In this document: positions 39,311 to 51,505 of the stretch, piece by piece
Position numbering within the stretch: position 1 is the stretch's first letter
Layout of the letters: each line of letters starts with the position of its first letter
NCBI RefSeq assembly: GCF_004010195.1
Contig: NC_057718.1
Coordinates: 86,605,514-86,666,200 of the forward strand
Direction of reading: 5' to 3'
DNA length: 60,687 nt
Origin: Chiloscyllium plagiosum
Lineage: Eukaryota
Position numbers and translations under genes: made by a program
Notes under the pieces: model-generated
The model's database searches: none
The model's input: only the letters and a program-made list of their open reading frames with translations
Told to the model about the DNA's origin: nothing

Positions 39311-40612
39311 CTTTACAAGACATGTGATGCACTATTGCTTCTACTTCCTGTGTATTCTTGATTTGCACATGGGTCTAAAAATTGGTATGGAGATATTAGC
39401 TACTTGATGGTCCTCACATGCAGTGGCAATTTTCTGTCTATTATTGAAAGAGGTGTCTTAACACAATTAATGCAGCTTAAAATTACAAAGGAATGTCACA
39501 GAGTGAGAACAATATTCAACTTCTAACATTGCAAATAACTGTTTCTCAACTTTCAAAGACTTTGCTCCAAAGATGCAATTCTAGCATGAAGTCTCATTCA
39601 CCATAACTTTGTATGAACAAGTTCAGGATCCTCTCTTTGTCACACTAATAATATACGGAAATAATGGAAAATCATACTTTCAATGGATGAACTCAATACT
39701 GAGAATGCATATTTCAAACCTTGTTGAGCAAACAGACTTATACACATGCAATGCAGTTGATTAGGTTTCCACACTGATATGAAGTGCACAGTGTTGTGAG
39801 TTTAAAATAAGTTCTTAAGTATTGCCAATCAATACTACAACTTAAATCATTAGTACCATGATGTGAATGCCGTTACTGCTTAGCACCAAAACAACATAAA
39901 TCACCATCTGGTGGATTTTTTTTAGAAACAAGTTCTCAAGGGTTGGATATTGTGTTTTAGTATTTACAACTAATTAATGAGACTTTACTTATAATGGGTT
40001 TGAATATTGTATGAGAGGAGAATTAGATATCTCATTCCATATTGCACCTTAGCGGGTAGCCTTTGTAGATTGGTGGACTAATTTGACTCACTAACACAGA
40101 ACTCTATTCTAATCCAAATATTTTCTGAACCCTCATTGTATGTTGACATTAAATTTCAGGTTGGAATTTGTAAAATTGAGATCTTTACTTCGTTGGATTT
40201 TCATTTAATTCTGACCTAATTTCCGAAAGAACAACATATCAATAATATGAGAATATTTATTTGACATGACAACAACAGTAAAACAAAATTCAGAATTTCG
40301 ATTAAACATAGGGATGTAAAACACAGAAACAGACCCTTTGATCCAATTCATCCATGCCAACCTGATATTCTACATTAATCTAGTCCCATTTGCCAGGATT
40401 TGGCCCATATCCCACTAAACCCTTCCTATTCATATATTCCTATTCTAGATGCCTTTAGGGATAAGTGGGTTTTATTACTATAGAACAATTAATGTCAATT
40501 TTGAAACGGTGAAGGTCTGCGGTGGGAGTGGGGCACAGTGGACTTATTTGGCTGTATATTCCAGAGATGTTTGCATGATTAGAAAGTATAGGAATTAACT
40601 AAATAGACAATA

Positions 40613-40830
40613 CAGTCAGTTCTGCTATAAGGCACATTTCTTCAACATGAATTGGCTTTAAAGCGACTGAGCAAAATAGACCATTGGTGTAGAACGTGAA
40701 CTTTGCTTATCTGTATTGTCCATAATGTGATTCCAGCCCCATTAGATTATATAGAGCTATTATTGCACAATTTTCTTATAAAGCTAGATTGCACAAGAAC
40801 CAAACTTTCGCATTATTTTAGAACTGACTG
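40613..40830. mobile_element. Tc1/mariner (Tigger-like) MITE
   Basis: Terminal inverted repeats CAGTCAGTTCT and AGAACTGACTG, each flanked by TA (40611-40612, 40831-40832); 218 bp, non-coding. Confidence 0.8.
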
Positions 40831-41127
40831 TACGTCATTGTTATGGCTCCCACATCAAAAGCAAATCTCAGTCAGGATGGTAGTGTAAATGATTGATAGC
40901 TTAGAAAGGCAGTCATTTCTTAGAGAGCCAGAGAGGTGTCAGAGATTCAGCCTTTGCTTCCACGTCTTTACATTCATTAATAAAAACTACTTGTTGTATC
41001 TGGCATGCGATATGGAAGTCTCACATTCTCAGGTCTGAGATTGCTGAATGGACTGAGGACAATTGCAAATGTGTGAAGTTGTATATTTAAATTTTCAAGC
41101 ATGCAACATAAGAAATTAATTGCATTT

Positions 41128-41679
41128 TAGATCACAGAATCTCTACAGCGTGGAAACAGGCTATTCAGATCATGCCAACCCTCTGAAGAGAATGCCATTC
41201 AATACTTACACCCCTACTCCATCCCTAGGAGAAAATGACGACTGGAGATGCTGCAGATCAGAGTCGAAGAGTGCAGTGCTGGAAAAGCACAGCCAGTCAG
41301 GTAGCATCCGAGGAGCAGGAGAATTGATGTTTCGGGCATAAGCCTCATTCCTGATGAAGGGCTTATGCCCGAAGCGTCGATTTGCCTGCTCCTTGGATGT
41401 TGCCTGACTGGCTGTGCTTTTCCAGTGCCACACTCTTTGACCCCTACCCTATCCCTGAATTTCCATGGCTAATCCACTAAGCTACACATCCCTGGTCACT
41501 ACGCAGTATGGCCAATTCACCTAATCGGCACATCTTAGGACTGTGGGAGGAAACCTGAAGGAAACCCACGCAGACACAGGGAGAATGTGCAAACTCCACA
41601 CAGACAGTCACCTGAGTCTGGAATTGAACTTGGGTTCTTGGTGTTGTGAGGCAGCAGTGCTAACCACAGAGCCACCATG
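41128..41679 (-). mobile_element. HE1-type V-SINE interrupted by a PLE mini-palindrome
   Basis: Reverse-complement head and V-domain at 41540-41679, tail at 41128-41226. Confidence 0.8.
41227..41440. mobile_element. Fold-back PLE pLTR mini-element with hammerhead motif
   Basis: Arms 41263-41344 and 41359-41441 are reverse complements; CTGATGA-AGGGCTTATGCCC-GAAG-CGTC at 41351-41378; 16-bp flanking repeat with 2 mismatches (41211-41226, 41441-41456). Confidence 0.85.
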
Positions 41680-41799
41680 TTCAAAGATGTATCCTGTTCC
41701 GGTATTTTTTGTATGTAGCATTATCCTTCTTAGCTTCAAGTCATCCTCATCTGACTAGATTGCTTTCCAGTCCTATTCCTGAAAGGATATGAAAGCAGC

Positions 41800-44400
41800 T
41801 CTAGGAGCAGGAGTAAGCTATTTGGTCATATGAGCCTTCACCATCATTCAGTAAGACCAATGTTCAATCCTACCTTACTGCAACATCCCCTTTAATTGTC
41901 TTAATTTTCAAAGGTTAGCTGACGTCTGTCTTGATTGCATCAATAACTGAGCATCTACAAATGTGTGTGGCAGACAATTCCTATTTTCCTAACCCTTTAA
42001 GTGATTTCACCTCATCTCAGCGCTATCCTAAGTCTGCAGTTCCATGTTTTAGATTCCATAGCATTTTCTCACCTGTCAAACTTCTTCCAAGTGTCATGTT
42101 TCAATTAGATCACTTTCGTTCTTCTACTTTCCAGAGATTATTGGCATAGACTATTCATTCTCTTAGGACAATCCTCTCATCTGAGGAGCACAATAGTAAA
42201 TCCATGTTGTACCCGCTTTGGAACAAGTATATGCTTCTTTGTGTAAGGATAGCAAAGCTGCATACCTTACTCCAGGTGTTAACTTGCCAATGGTCTTCAG
42301 CAGCATGGTATTACAGTGGTTAGCACAGCACCAGAGACCTAGGTTCGATTTCAGCCTCAGGCAACTGTCTGTGTGGAGTTTGCATATTGTTTCCGCGTGG
42401 GTTTCCTTTGGGTGCTCCAGTTTCCTTCCACAGTCCAAAGATGTGCAGGTTAGGTGAATTGGTTATGCTAAATTGTCCATCGTGTTCTGGCATGTGTAAG
42501 TTAGGTGCATCAGTCAGGGGAAATGTAAAGTTACAGGTTATGGGAATGAGCCTGGATGAGATACCCTTCGGAGGGTCAGTGTGGAGTTGTTGGTCCTAAT
42601 GGCCTGGTTCTACACTGTAGGGATTCTAAGATGGATTCTGTGATGACTCCAATAGTCTCACGCCTTTGTAACTAAAGCCATCACATTGTTTGACCACCTA
42701 AATTCTTTTATTTTGTTAATTGTCCACGATTCATGTATAATGCTACTTAGTCCCCTCTGAATGCAAACATTCTTCCATCTCTCTTCATTCAATAAAAAGT
42801 TCTGCTTTTTCATTTATAGTCCAAACTGGATTATTTCATAACTTGCCACATTATAGTCCATCTGCCATGTTCTTTCCCACTCAGTCACCTTGTCTGTATT
42901 CCTTTGCAAGCTCTTTTCATTTGTCTTACCAATTATCTTCCTAAACAACTTGGATATTTTACAATCAGTCCCTTCAGCTATGTTATTAATACAGATTGTA
43001 TATAGTTGAAATGCAATGACTAATCCTTCTGGTATGCTGCCAGTTACAGCCTGCCAACCTGAAAATGAGCCATTTATTCCTGCTTTCTGTTTTCTGTCTG
43101 TGAACCAATCCTCAAATCACATGAGTATATTATTCCCAAACCCCACGAAATGCTATTAGAAAATTCAAATACTGGACATCCATCAGTTGTCCCTTACGTA
43201 TATTCTAAATTACATTCTCAAAAAATTCTAATTGATGTGTCAAACAATTTCTCTTTCATAAATCCCTCCTGACTCTGCCTAATTATATTATGATTTTCTA
43301 AATGTCCTGTTACCACATCCCAGAATAGATTCTAACATTTTGCCTTTGCTATTTCAGGCTAATCAGCCTAGTTCCTCCATTTACCTCTGTTACTCCTTTC
43401 ACAAATAGAGTTATGTTTGTAACCTTCCCATTCTTGAGAACTGTTCTCAAATCCAAGCAATCCTAGCAGAGTAAGTCCAATGCATCTTATTATCCCTATG
43501 TCTGTCAGTTTTAGGTTACAAGACCAGCGGATTTATTGCCACTCCGTGCCATTGATCGGCTCAGGCTTGGAGGGCCGTAGGGCCTGTTCCTGGGCTGTAA
43601 ATTTTCTTTGTTCTTTGTATTAGATTTTCTAGTGTTATTTCTTTACCTATAAAGTTTCCTTTTCATTCTAACTAGTCCCTTGACTCCCAATTATTTCAGA
43701 ACATATTTTGTCTTTTCTGCTGTGAAAACAGATATAAAGTATTTGCTTAGTGTCTCTGTCATTTCCTTATTCTTCTGTATAATTTCACCTCTCTCTGTCT
43801 TTAATGGAGCCATATTTACATTCATTAACCTATTCCTTTTCTTCATAAACTCATAGATATGCTGACAACAAGCCATTATGTTTCCTTGCTGATCTATTCT
43901 GAATCCATTTTATCTTTTCTTAACAATTTCTTGATCTTCCCTTTTGCTGAATTCTAAAGTTTTCAAAATTTTATAGGCCTTTTCTCATATTATTTCTAAC
44001 TTCTCTTGCAGCCATGATAGGATAATTTTTTTTCTTCTATGGGGTATTTATGCCTTCAAGGGATATTTGTTGGAAATTGTGTATTAATTTTTAAACACTT
44101 TCTATTAGTTGTCTGCCAGCATGTCTCTTAATGTCAACCTTTTCCAACTTGTCCTTCATACAGAGGTAGTTTATCTTGCTTGGATGTAAGATCCAGACTT
44201 AAGTAAAACATTTGCAAACTGACATTAATGTATTTTATATATACAATAGTTACCTTTCCCCGGAAACCCTTTTCACTACAGGGATGTTAATTAATCCTTT
44301 CATATTGTACAGTACTAGATCCAAAATAGCCTGTCCCTAGTTGAGCCATCAAGATACTCATCCAGAAATATATCCTTCATACTTTCCTTAAATGTGCTGT
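41800..44400 (-). mobile_element. Old CR1 LINE remnant interrupted by an HE1 SINE and a short CR1 tail (43551-43618)
   Basis: CR1 3'UTR near 41800; RT-region remnants 42850-43500; APLKTERGEIIQKNKEMTETLSKYFISVFTAE linker motif at 43691-43810. Confidence 0.7.
42300..42630 (+). mobile_element. HE1-type V-SINE
   Basis: Head, V-domain and tail match the other copies. Confidence 0.85.
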
Positions 44401-44837
44401 ATAAACTACTACAACTAAGTCAGCTTATCCAGTCTATATGCATCCATCATGCCATATAATGTCATTCTATAATTTGGGCTTATTCAGATTGTCATGGAGA
44501 AAGCAAAGTCAAGAACTATTTTCAAGCTTAGTTTTCAAGGTTACACTATTCATTATTTTCAAACTAAATATTACTGTATAGATTACAGTCTGATATATGA
44601 TCACTTAGTTACATTAGGTAAAGACTGATCTATCATCTTTGTGTTCATGCCTGTGTTCTTAACATGTCTTCTGGAGAGTCTCACAATCTAGTGTGTTTCA
44701 GATTGTTGTAACTCCACCTACACTGTGGTATTTATACCTGTGTGTGCAGCTCAGTGACATCATTACAAGGTTGTTGCAGGGTCCTAATGCCATTACACAA
44801 CAGCTTTCCACAAGCTGTTTCCCTCAGTCATAAACAT

Positions 44838-45380
44838 TTAGAATCACAGAGATGTACAGCACAAAACAGACCCTTCGGTCCAACCCGTCCATGCCGACCA
44901 GATATCCCAACCTAATCTAGTCCCACCTGCCAGCACCCGGCCCATATCCCTCCAAACCCTTCCTATTCATATACCCATCTAGATGCCTTTTAAATGTTGC
45001 AATTATACTAGCCTCTACCACTTCCTCTGGCAACTCAATCCATTCATGAACCACCCTCTGCATGAAAGAGTTGCCCCGTAGGTCTCTATTATATCTTTCC
45101 CCTCTTGCCCTAAACCTATGCCCCCCAGTTCTGGACTCCCACACCCCAGGGAAAAGACCTTGTCTATTTATCTTATCCATGCCCCTCATGATTTTATAAA
45201 CCTCTATTAGGTCACCCCTCAGCCTCCAACGTTCCAGGGAAAACAGCCCCAGCCTATTCAACCTTTCTCAAATCCTCCAACCCTGGCAACATCCTTGTAA
45301 ATTTTTTCTGAATCCTTTCAAGTTTCACAACATCCTTCCAATAGGAAGGAGACCAGAATTGCACAGAATATTCCACAAGT
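44838..45380 (-). mobile_element. CR1 3' fragment
   Basis: LGLFSLERWRLRGDLIEVYKIMRG...FKRHLDGYMNRKGLEGYGPGAGRWD*. Confidence 0.92.
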
Positions 45381-46089
45381 GCCCTATTCCTGAATAAGTT
45401 ACCTAGTTGTAATTTTTTAATGACATTTACTGTACATTTTCCTTTCATACTCCTACCATTCTAAGTATTTAAATAGAATATCTTTGACAGAAGGTGAAAC
45501 AGGAAAGCCTATTACCAGGTTTGGAAACACCTAAGGTAAAATTGTGAGCTTGCATTTTCTGTGCTGGCTTTGATCAGAATAATATTAATTGCTGAAGGAC
45601 CTTGAGCTGATGCAACTGCAGGGACATATGGGATGTTGTATTGGCCTTTCTTCTCAATCATTAATGTCTGGATCAAGTGACATTGTTTCTTGTGAGAAAA
45701 CAATTACATTATTCATCTATAGGTAGTTGTTCTTCACTCTACAGACGCTCCTGAGAGTTGTTCTCTGCTATTGAAGAATGTGTTTGCCAGCATTCTGTTT
45801 GTCTTTGAAGTGAAATATTGAACAAAAGTTTTAGGAGGTTATGAAATAATATTTGCTTCTCATTGATTTGTTGTTTGTTTAACAAATGATCTGGAATTCT
45901 TCCCATGTAGACAAGAAGTGTGATCACCTGTCCTGCACCTGATTTGGTGCCCAAACCAGAATAGCTCAAAGTTTCAGGAATGGTGCTTCACTAGTTTGCC
46001 AATATATAGATCTATCAATTGGATCTGATAACTTGGACTTTTGTGGTAGGAAGACTGGTACAGGCAAATTTTGATGGTTTTGGTTAACT

Positions 46090-46562
46090 ATTCAACTCCC
46101 CCTCACACTCCCCCAAGGACATGCAAAACCTGGGCCTCTTCCACTGCCAAATCAAAGTCACCATCAACTGGAGGGAGAACGCCTCATCTTCCACCTCAGG
46201 ACCCTACAACCCCACGGCATCAACATTGACTTCACCAGTTTCCAAATCTCTCCTCCCCCCACCTCATCCCAGATTCATCCCTCCAACTTGGCATTGCCCT
46301 CATGACCTGTCCTACCTATCCATCTTCCTTCCACCTATCCACTCCACCCTCCCCACCGACCTATCACAATTAGCTCCCACCTGCATCCTCCTATCATCAT
46401 CCCATCTACCTTTCCCCCAGCCCCACCCCATACCCCTATTTATCTCTCAGCCCCCTTCCCCCTCCACATTCCTGGTGAAGGGCTTATGCGTGCAGCGTCG
46501 ACTCCCCTGCTCCTCTGATGCTGCCTGACCTGCTGTGCTATCCACCTCCACACTTTTTGACT
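46090..46562 (+). mobile_element. PLE 3' end (endonuclease C-terminus plus pLTR, decayed hammerhead)
   Basis: FNSPSHSPKDMQNLGLFHCQ and RLIFHLRTLQPHGINIDFTSF remnants; CTGGTGA-AGGGCTTATGCGT-GCAG-CGTC near 46472-46500. Confidence 0.8.
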
Positions 46563-47869
46563 TGAATTGTTTTGTTGATTCTGAAGATTATTGTTAGGAT
46601 TTTGATCTCCTGCACTGCACTCTTTTTTCAAATTGTCTTCTTATCTTCATAGTTAATTAAAGTCGTTGATTTTTTATTATTGTTCATTGTCTTCGTACTA
46701 AAACTGAAAGCTGTTAAAGCTTCTAAAATTCCATTTTTGAAGCCACGTTTAATTTACCTTTACCAATATGGCACTATCATGGAGATGAATGATGATATTC
46801 CTATTCCAAGGTGGATAAAGGCAGCCCATCGTAATCCCTCATCAGGATGATGGCTGTATTATCTGATCTCACTACTGTTCAGCTAGTTAGTTGATGCAAG
46901 GTTCCAGTTGTGACACTGCGGATAGGATATATTGACCACGGGGAGATGTGCACGGTAGGGTTTATAGTTAGAAGTTTGAGTTAGAAGAGTTAAATAATGT
47001 GGACAAGTTGCGTAGATCAAACTTATATTCCTACTGAACACAGCAGATTAATAGGCAAGTTAATTGAAGTGTTTACGATGATTAAAAGAGCTGCCAGAAT
47101 ATATTAGAGAACTGACGTCCACTGTAGGAGAATCTAGATCCAGGATCTTAAGATTAGAACCAGGCAGATCAATGCCAGGAGATACCTTTACAAGCAGAGT
47201 AGGAAAAATGTAAAACGCTTTTTCCCCAAGAAGTTGTTGAGGCCAACTCAATTAAAAATGTTAAAAACGCGGGAGTTTTGTTTTTACAAAAGCAAGATGC
47301 ATTGGCTACTTAAAATCTGAAATATAGCCTGAAAAATGCCAGAAATATTTGGGTCGGGTGGTATCTGTGGAGAAGGGGACATTTAATATTTGAGGCCTTT
47401 TATCAGGTTGATTTTTAATAGGTAAAGCTATTTCTATAATGGAGCCAAAATGGACTGGTGGAAAAAAAGATGCAAATGACCCATGATCTAACGGAACTGT
47501 TGAACAGGTTTGAGGGGATGAACCGTCTGCTTTTACTCCAATGTTCCTCTGATATTGGGTAGTAAGGTAATGTTGATTTCATTTGGCTGTAACATTCACT
47601 TACATCTGATACTGAACCTGAGAGATTATCCTATGTGATGTTCAACTTAATTATCTGTCAGTTAAGTTTCACACCAAAAACTGAAGGGCTGTTTTAATGA
47701 AAGCATGAATACATGAGTCAAATGATAGAGGGCTTCAAAATGGTGAAGCATATGCTATGGAAACATTTTTGAATGCAACACTTTTCAATTCAACATTCCA
47801 ACAACAGCTTAACTGGTCAGCAATGATAACCTTGTTTCTTTCAATCAGTAGTTTATAGTAAATTTAAAG

Positions 47870-48425
47870 GTAAACATACAGGAGGCTGGAAGAACACAGC
47901 AAGGCAAGCAGCATCAAAAGGTGGAGAAGTTGATGTTTCGGATGTAACCCTTCTTCAGGACTGGGGGTGGGTGTAAGGAGAGCAGATAAAGGGAGTGGAG
48001 AGGGCAGAGTGCTGAGGTAGGGACAGGTGGAGACAGGTAGAGGGTACAACCTGGTTGGTGGATGGGCGGAATGAATCCGGTATGTGACTGAGAGGAATGG
48101 AAGGGAGAGGAAGGGGCTGGGGAGGGAGTGGGGGGAAGGGAAGGAAAGGGAGGTTATTTGAAATTCGAGAACTCAATGTTGAGTCCTCCAGACTATAAGC
48201 TGCCCAGCGAAATGGAAGGTGTTGTTCCTCCGATTTGCAGTTTGGTTTGTTGTGGCAATGGAGGAGGCCAAGGGAGGGCATGTCGGAGAGGGATTGGGAT
48301 GGGGAATTAAACTGACCAGTGACTGGGAGGTCCGGTCAGCCCCTGCGGGCCCGGTTGTGATGTTTGGCAAAACATTCCTTTAGTTTACATTTGGTGTTCC
48401 TGATGTGGTCTTCTCTACATTGGGA
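47870..48425 (-). mobile_element. PLE 3' end with hammerhead core
   Basis: LGLLHCHNKPNCKSEEQHLPFR endonuclease C-terminus; minus strand AGTC-CTGAAGA-AGGGTTACATCC-GAAA-CATC-AACT near 47929-47962. Confidence 0.8.
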
Positions 48426-49160
48426 GCTCTGGTTGTCTACCTTGGATTCCAGCAACTGCAGTTTTTTTTTGTCTCATAGCAAATTTGAAGGCTGATTTGT
48501 AAAGCTATCCATGTTCAACTGGACACAAGCTGTTGAAGAACCAGATGAGCTATTACTGAACCCTTTCAGATATACCACACAAAAGCCTTCTAATGTTATT
48601 TGTCCAAGGAGAACTAATTAGAAATCCATTAACATACTTTCAGCAAAGAATTCTTAAGTAATTTACTAGTAATGTTGTATTCAAGTTGTGAATAAAATTT
48701 GCATTAACGACTAATCTTAATTGGCCGAGGAAGAAAATCTTGAAATCTAGAGCATTGAGATAAATGTCTTGAGATATTATGCCACTCTGAGTTCTAGCAG
48801 TTGCATTGTGATTGATGTCTCATTATTTGGGAATAAAATTGCAGTTGAGGCATCTACAGCAAACACTTGTTATTTCACAGATTTATTAATCATGAGCAAG
48901 AATTAGCTGAATTTGTGCAAAAGTTTCAAAACATGGGATTCACATTTGAGTAAGAAATGAAGGTCGTGGGTCTTTCAAACTGTTTTCCACAGCAGACAGT
49001 CGGGAGGATTGTTGAATATTTTTAAGGCCGACATAGATTTTTGACTAACAAAGGAAGCAAAAGTTTTTGCATAGGCAGGAAAGTAGAGCTAAGGCCACCA
49101 TCGTATCAATTCTTTTTAAATGGGGTGTAGGTCTGAGAGGCTGAATAGCATACTCTTGCT

Positions 49161-49524
49161 AGGCAGAAGTGGGCACTGCAAATGTTGAAGATTAGAGTCA
49201 AGATTAGAGAGGTGCTGGAAAACCACAGCAGGTCAGGCAGCATCCGAGGAGCAGGGAAATTGATGTTTCAGGCAAAAGCTCTTCGTCAGGAATGAGGCTG
49301 GGAGCCTCGGGGGTGGAGTTGGGAGAAGGTAGCTGAGATTGCAATAGGTGGATGGAGGAAGGGGTAAAGGTGATAGGTCGGAGAGGAGGGTAGAGCAGAT
49401 AGGTGGGACAGGTCATGAGGATGGTGCTGAGCCAGAAGGTTGGAACTGGGGTAATGTGGGGGGAGGGGAAATGAGGAAACTGGTGAAGTCCACATTGATG
49501 CCACGGGGTTGAAGGGTCTCGAGG
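49161..49524 (-). mobile_element. PLE 3' end/pLTR with hammerhead core, nested in a CR1 tail (48940-49160)
   Basis: Minus strand ATTC-CTGACGA-AGAGCTTTTGCCT-GAAA-CATC-AATT at 49258-49293; homologous to 46200-46560. Confidence 0.8.
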
Positions 49525-49551
49525 CTCCTAAGTTGAATGCTTGTACAAAGG

Positions 49552-49742
49552 CAAAGTCACTTTAGGGCTGCTGTCTTACTAGAGAAAAACTGGTGGTGGT
49601 TTAACCTGTGGGTCAGAGCACCTCAGGCGAAGATAGAGGTGGAGAAGAAAGTCATTCAGAGTAACCTCAGCCACTTCAGGAATTGAGTCCATGCTGTTTG
49701 CATCACCAACCAGCTGTCCAGCCAACTGAGCTAATCAGACCC
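49552..49742 (-). mobile_element. Old tRNA-derived SINE, family not assigned
   Basis: Minus-strand head TTAGCTCAGTTGGCTGG (A box) and GGACTCAATTCC (B-box-like). Confidence 0.55.
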
Positions 49743-51171
49743 AATATGTATGCTCATAGAAAACGTATCCAATTCTTAACTACGGTCACACAATCAATGG
49801 GACAACCCAATAACAATTGGCACTCAAAATGTAGCAAGAGCCATGGAGCACCAGTGACCAAGCAGGACTCATATAAACAAACAAACCAACCATGGCCAAA
49901 TATCAAGCTTCAGTATGTTGGGGCAATAAGATGTAGAGGTCTAGAATGGTCTCAGGGCAAAGATAAAGATCCGTAGCAACCATGGGACCAATGACCATCC
50001 CCGTCGAAATGTCTTCCATAAATAACAGAGATGTCTTGACTTCACTGGAATAGCATTCATGAGACTACACCGGAAATGTTGGAGTAGTAGAACTGGACTC
50101 TCTAGCACTTTGGCTTGAGACTGAGCAAGATCGCTGTGAGAGATGATGGAAAATTCAGCAAGTGTGACCAAGCAATGTTGCATGCTCCTTCTCACTCTCC
50201 ATTACACCCCCTAATAATCTATTACAATCTCAGATCTGCTCGGAGTGTTGCTGCTTCTGCATGTCAGTACGGCCTGTATTCCAACTGGATTTTCCTCTTA
50301 TTTCCCCTGTCACACCATATGGAAAATGGTGATAGACTCCACGTAGTAGCAGGAACAGCCCCAAGATCCCTTCCACAAGTCTTCAAAGTTTTTCTGTCCT
50401 TTAACCAGCTGGCAGTCCCACTGGGCCATTCTCTGAGGGCACCCTCTTGGCAGTAATTATCCTGGCAGGGTTCTGCTGTGGAAAGCTGGGAAGTGCTACT
50501 CAGAACAACACGGACATCCTGCCAATGAGAGGAAATCCCTGCCCACTGTATCAATTTCCAGAGCCAGAGCTGAATCATCTGAGATGTGAGCCAGAACAAC
50601 AACTTGACATCAGCAACATTTGGCAATGTCACCCAAAATTTACGCACATTGTGCATCATAGTAATATACACCTGCCATCCCACCTGAAAACCATTTATTT
50701 CTTGGAGAGAAAACAGCACAGATAAAAATCGTAGCCATGTTTGGGGAAAACATCTCCATAAGCAGGCGACTCAGATAAGGCAAGTGGCAAAAATCAGAAT
50801 TGAGTATGGGGGGGGAGGCAGGAAGATGGTTTATATTTTTGCAAAATTACATGTTATGATCTGGAAAGTCCTATTTGAACAGGTGATAGATTTTTAGTTA
50901 TACCTTTTCATAAAGGAATTGGAAAATGTAATGAAAGAGATGTGCTACCTGGAAAGAGCAAGGGTGCAGGATTATTTGGAAGCTCTTTCAGAGAACTGGC
51001 ACAGCTGAATGGGCTGAATAGCTGCTTCTGTGTCATTCTGTGATTCTACATAATGCCTTCATGACATCAAAACTAGTTTAGCAAATCTCTTTGGCACCTA
51101 CATGTATCTACGTGTACAGCCCAGAGAGCTGGAAAAGTGAGATCTTAAAATTTATTTGTAAAAGAAGACCA

Positions 51172-51505
51172 GAAGACCATAAATCATAGGAGCAGAAGTT
51201 AGGCCATTCAGCCCATCGGGTGTGCTCTGCCATTTAATCAAGGCTGGAAAGTTTCTCAATCCCATTCTCCCCCTTTCTCCCATAATCCTCAATCCCCTTG
51301 ACAATCAAGAACCTACCTATCTCCATCTTAAATACACTCAATGACCTGGCCTCCACAGCCTTCTGTGGCAATGAATTCCATAGATTCACCACTCTCTGGC
51401 TGAAGAAGTTTCTACTTATCTCTGTTCTAAAAGGTCTTCCCTTTACACTAAGGCTTTGCCCTCGGATCGTAGTTGTTACCAAAGGAAACATTTTCCCAAC
51501 AGCAC
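51172..51505 (-). mobile_element. CR1 3' fragment
   Basis: GRPFRTEISRNFFSQRVVNLWNSLPQKAVEA; related to 22077-22437. Confidence 0.88.

Noticed and set aside
50000..50720. Overlapping ORFs of 84-151 aa, possibly an RTE-like LINE remnant
   Set aside because: No diagnostic motif could be confirmed by eye; left unassigned
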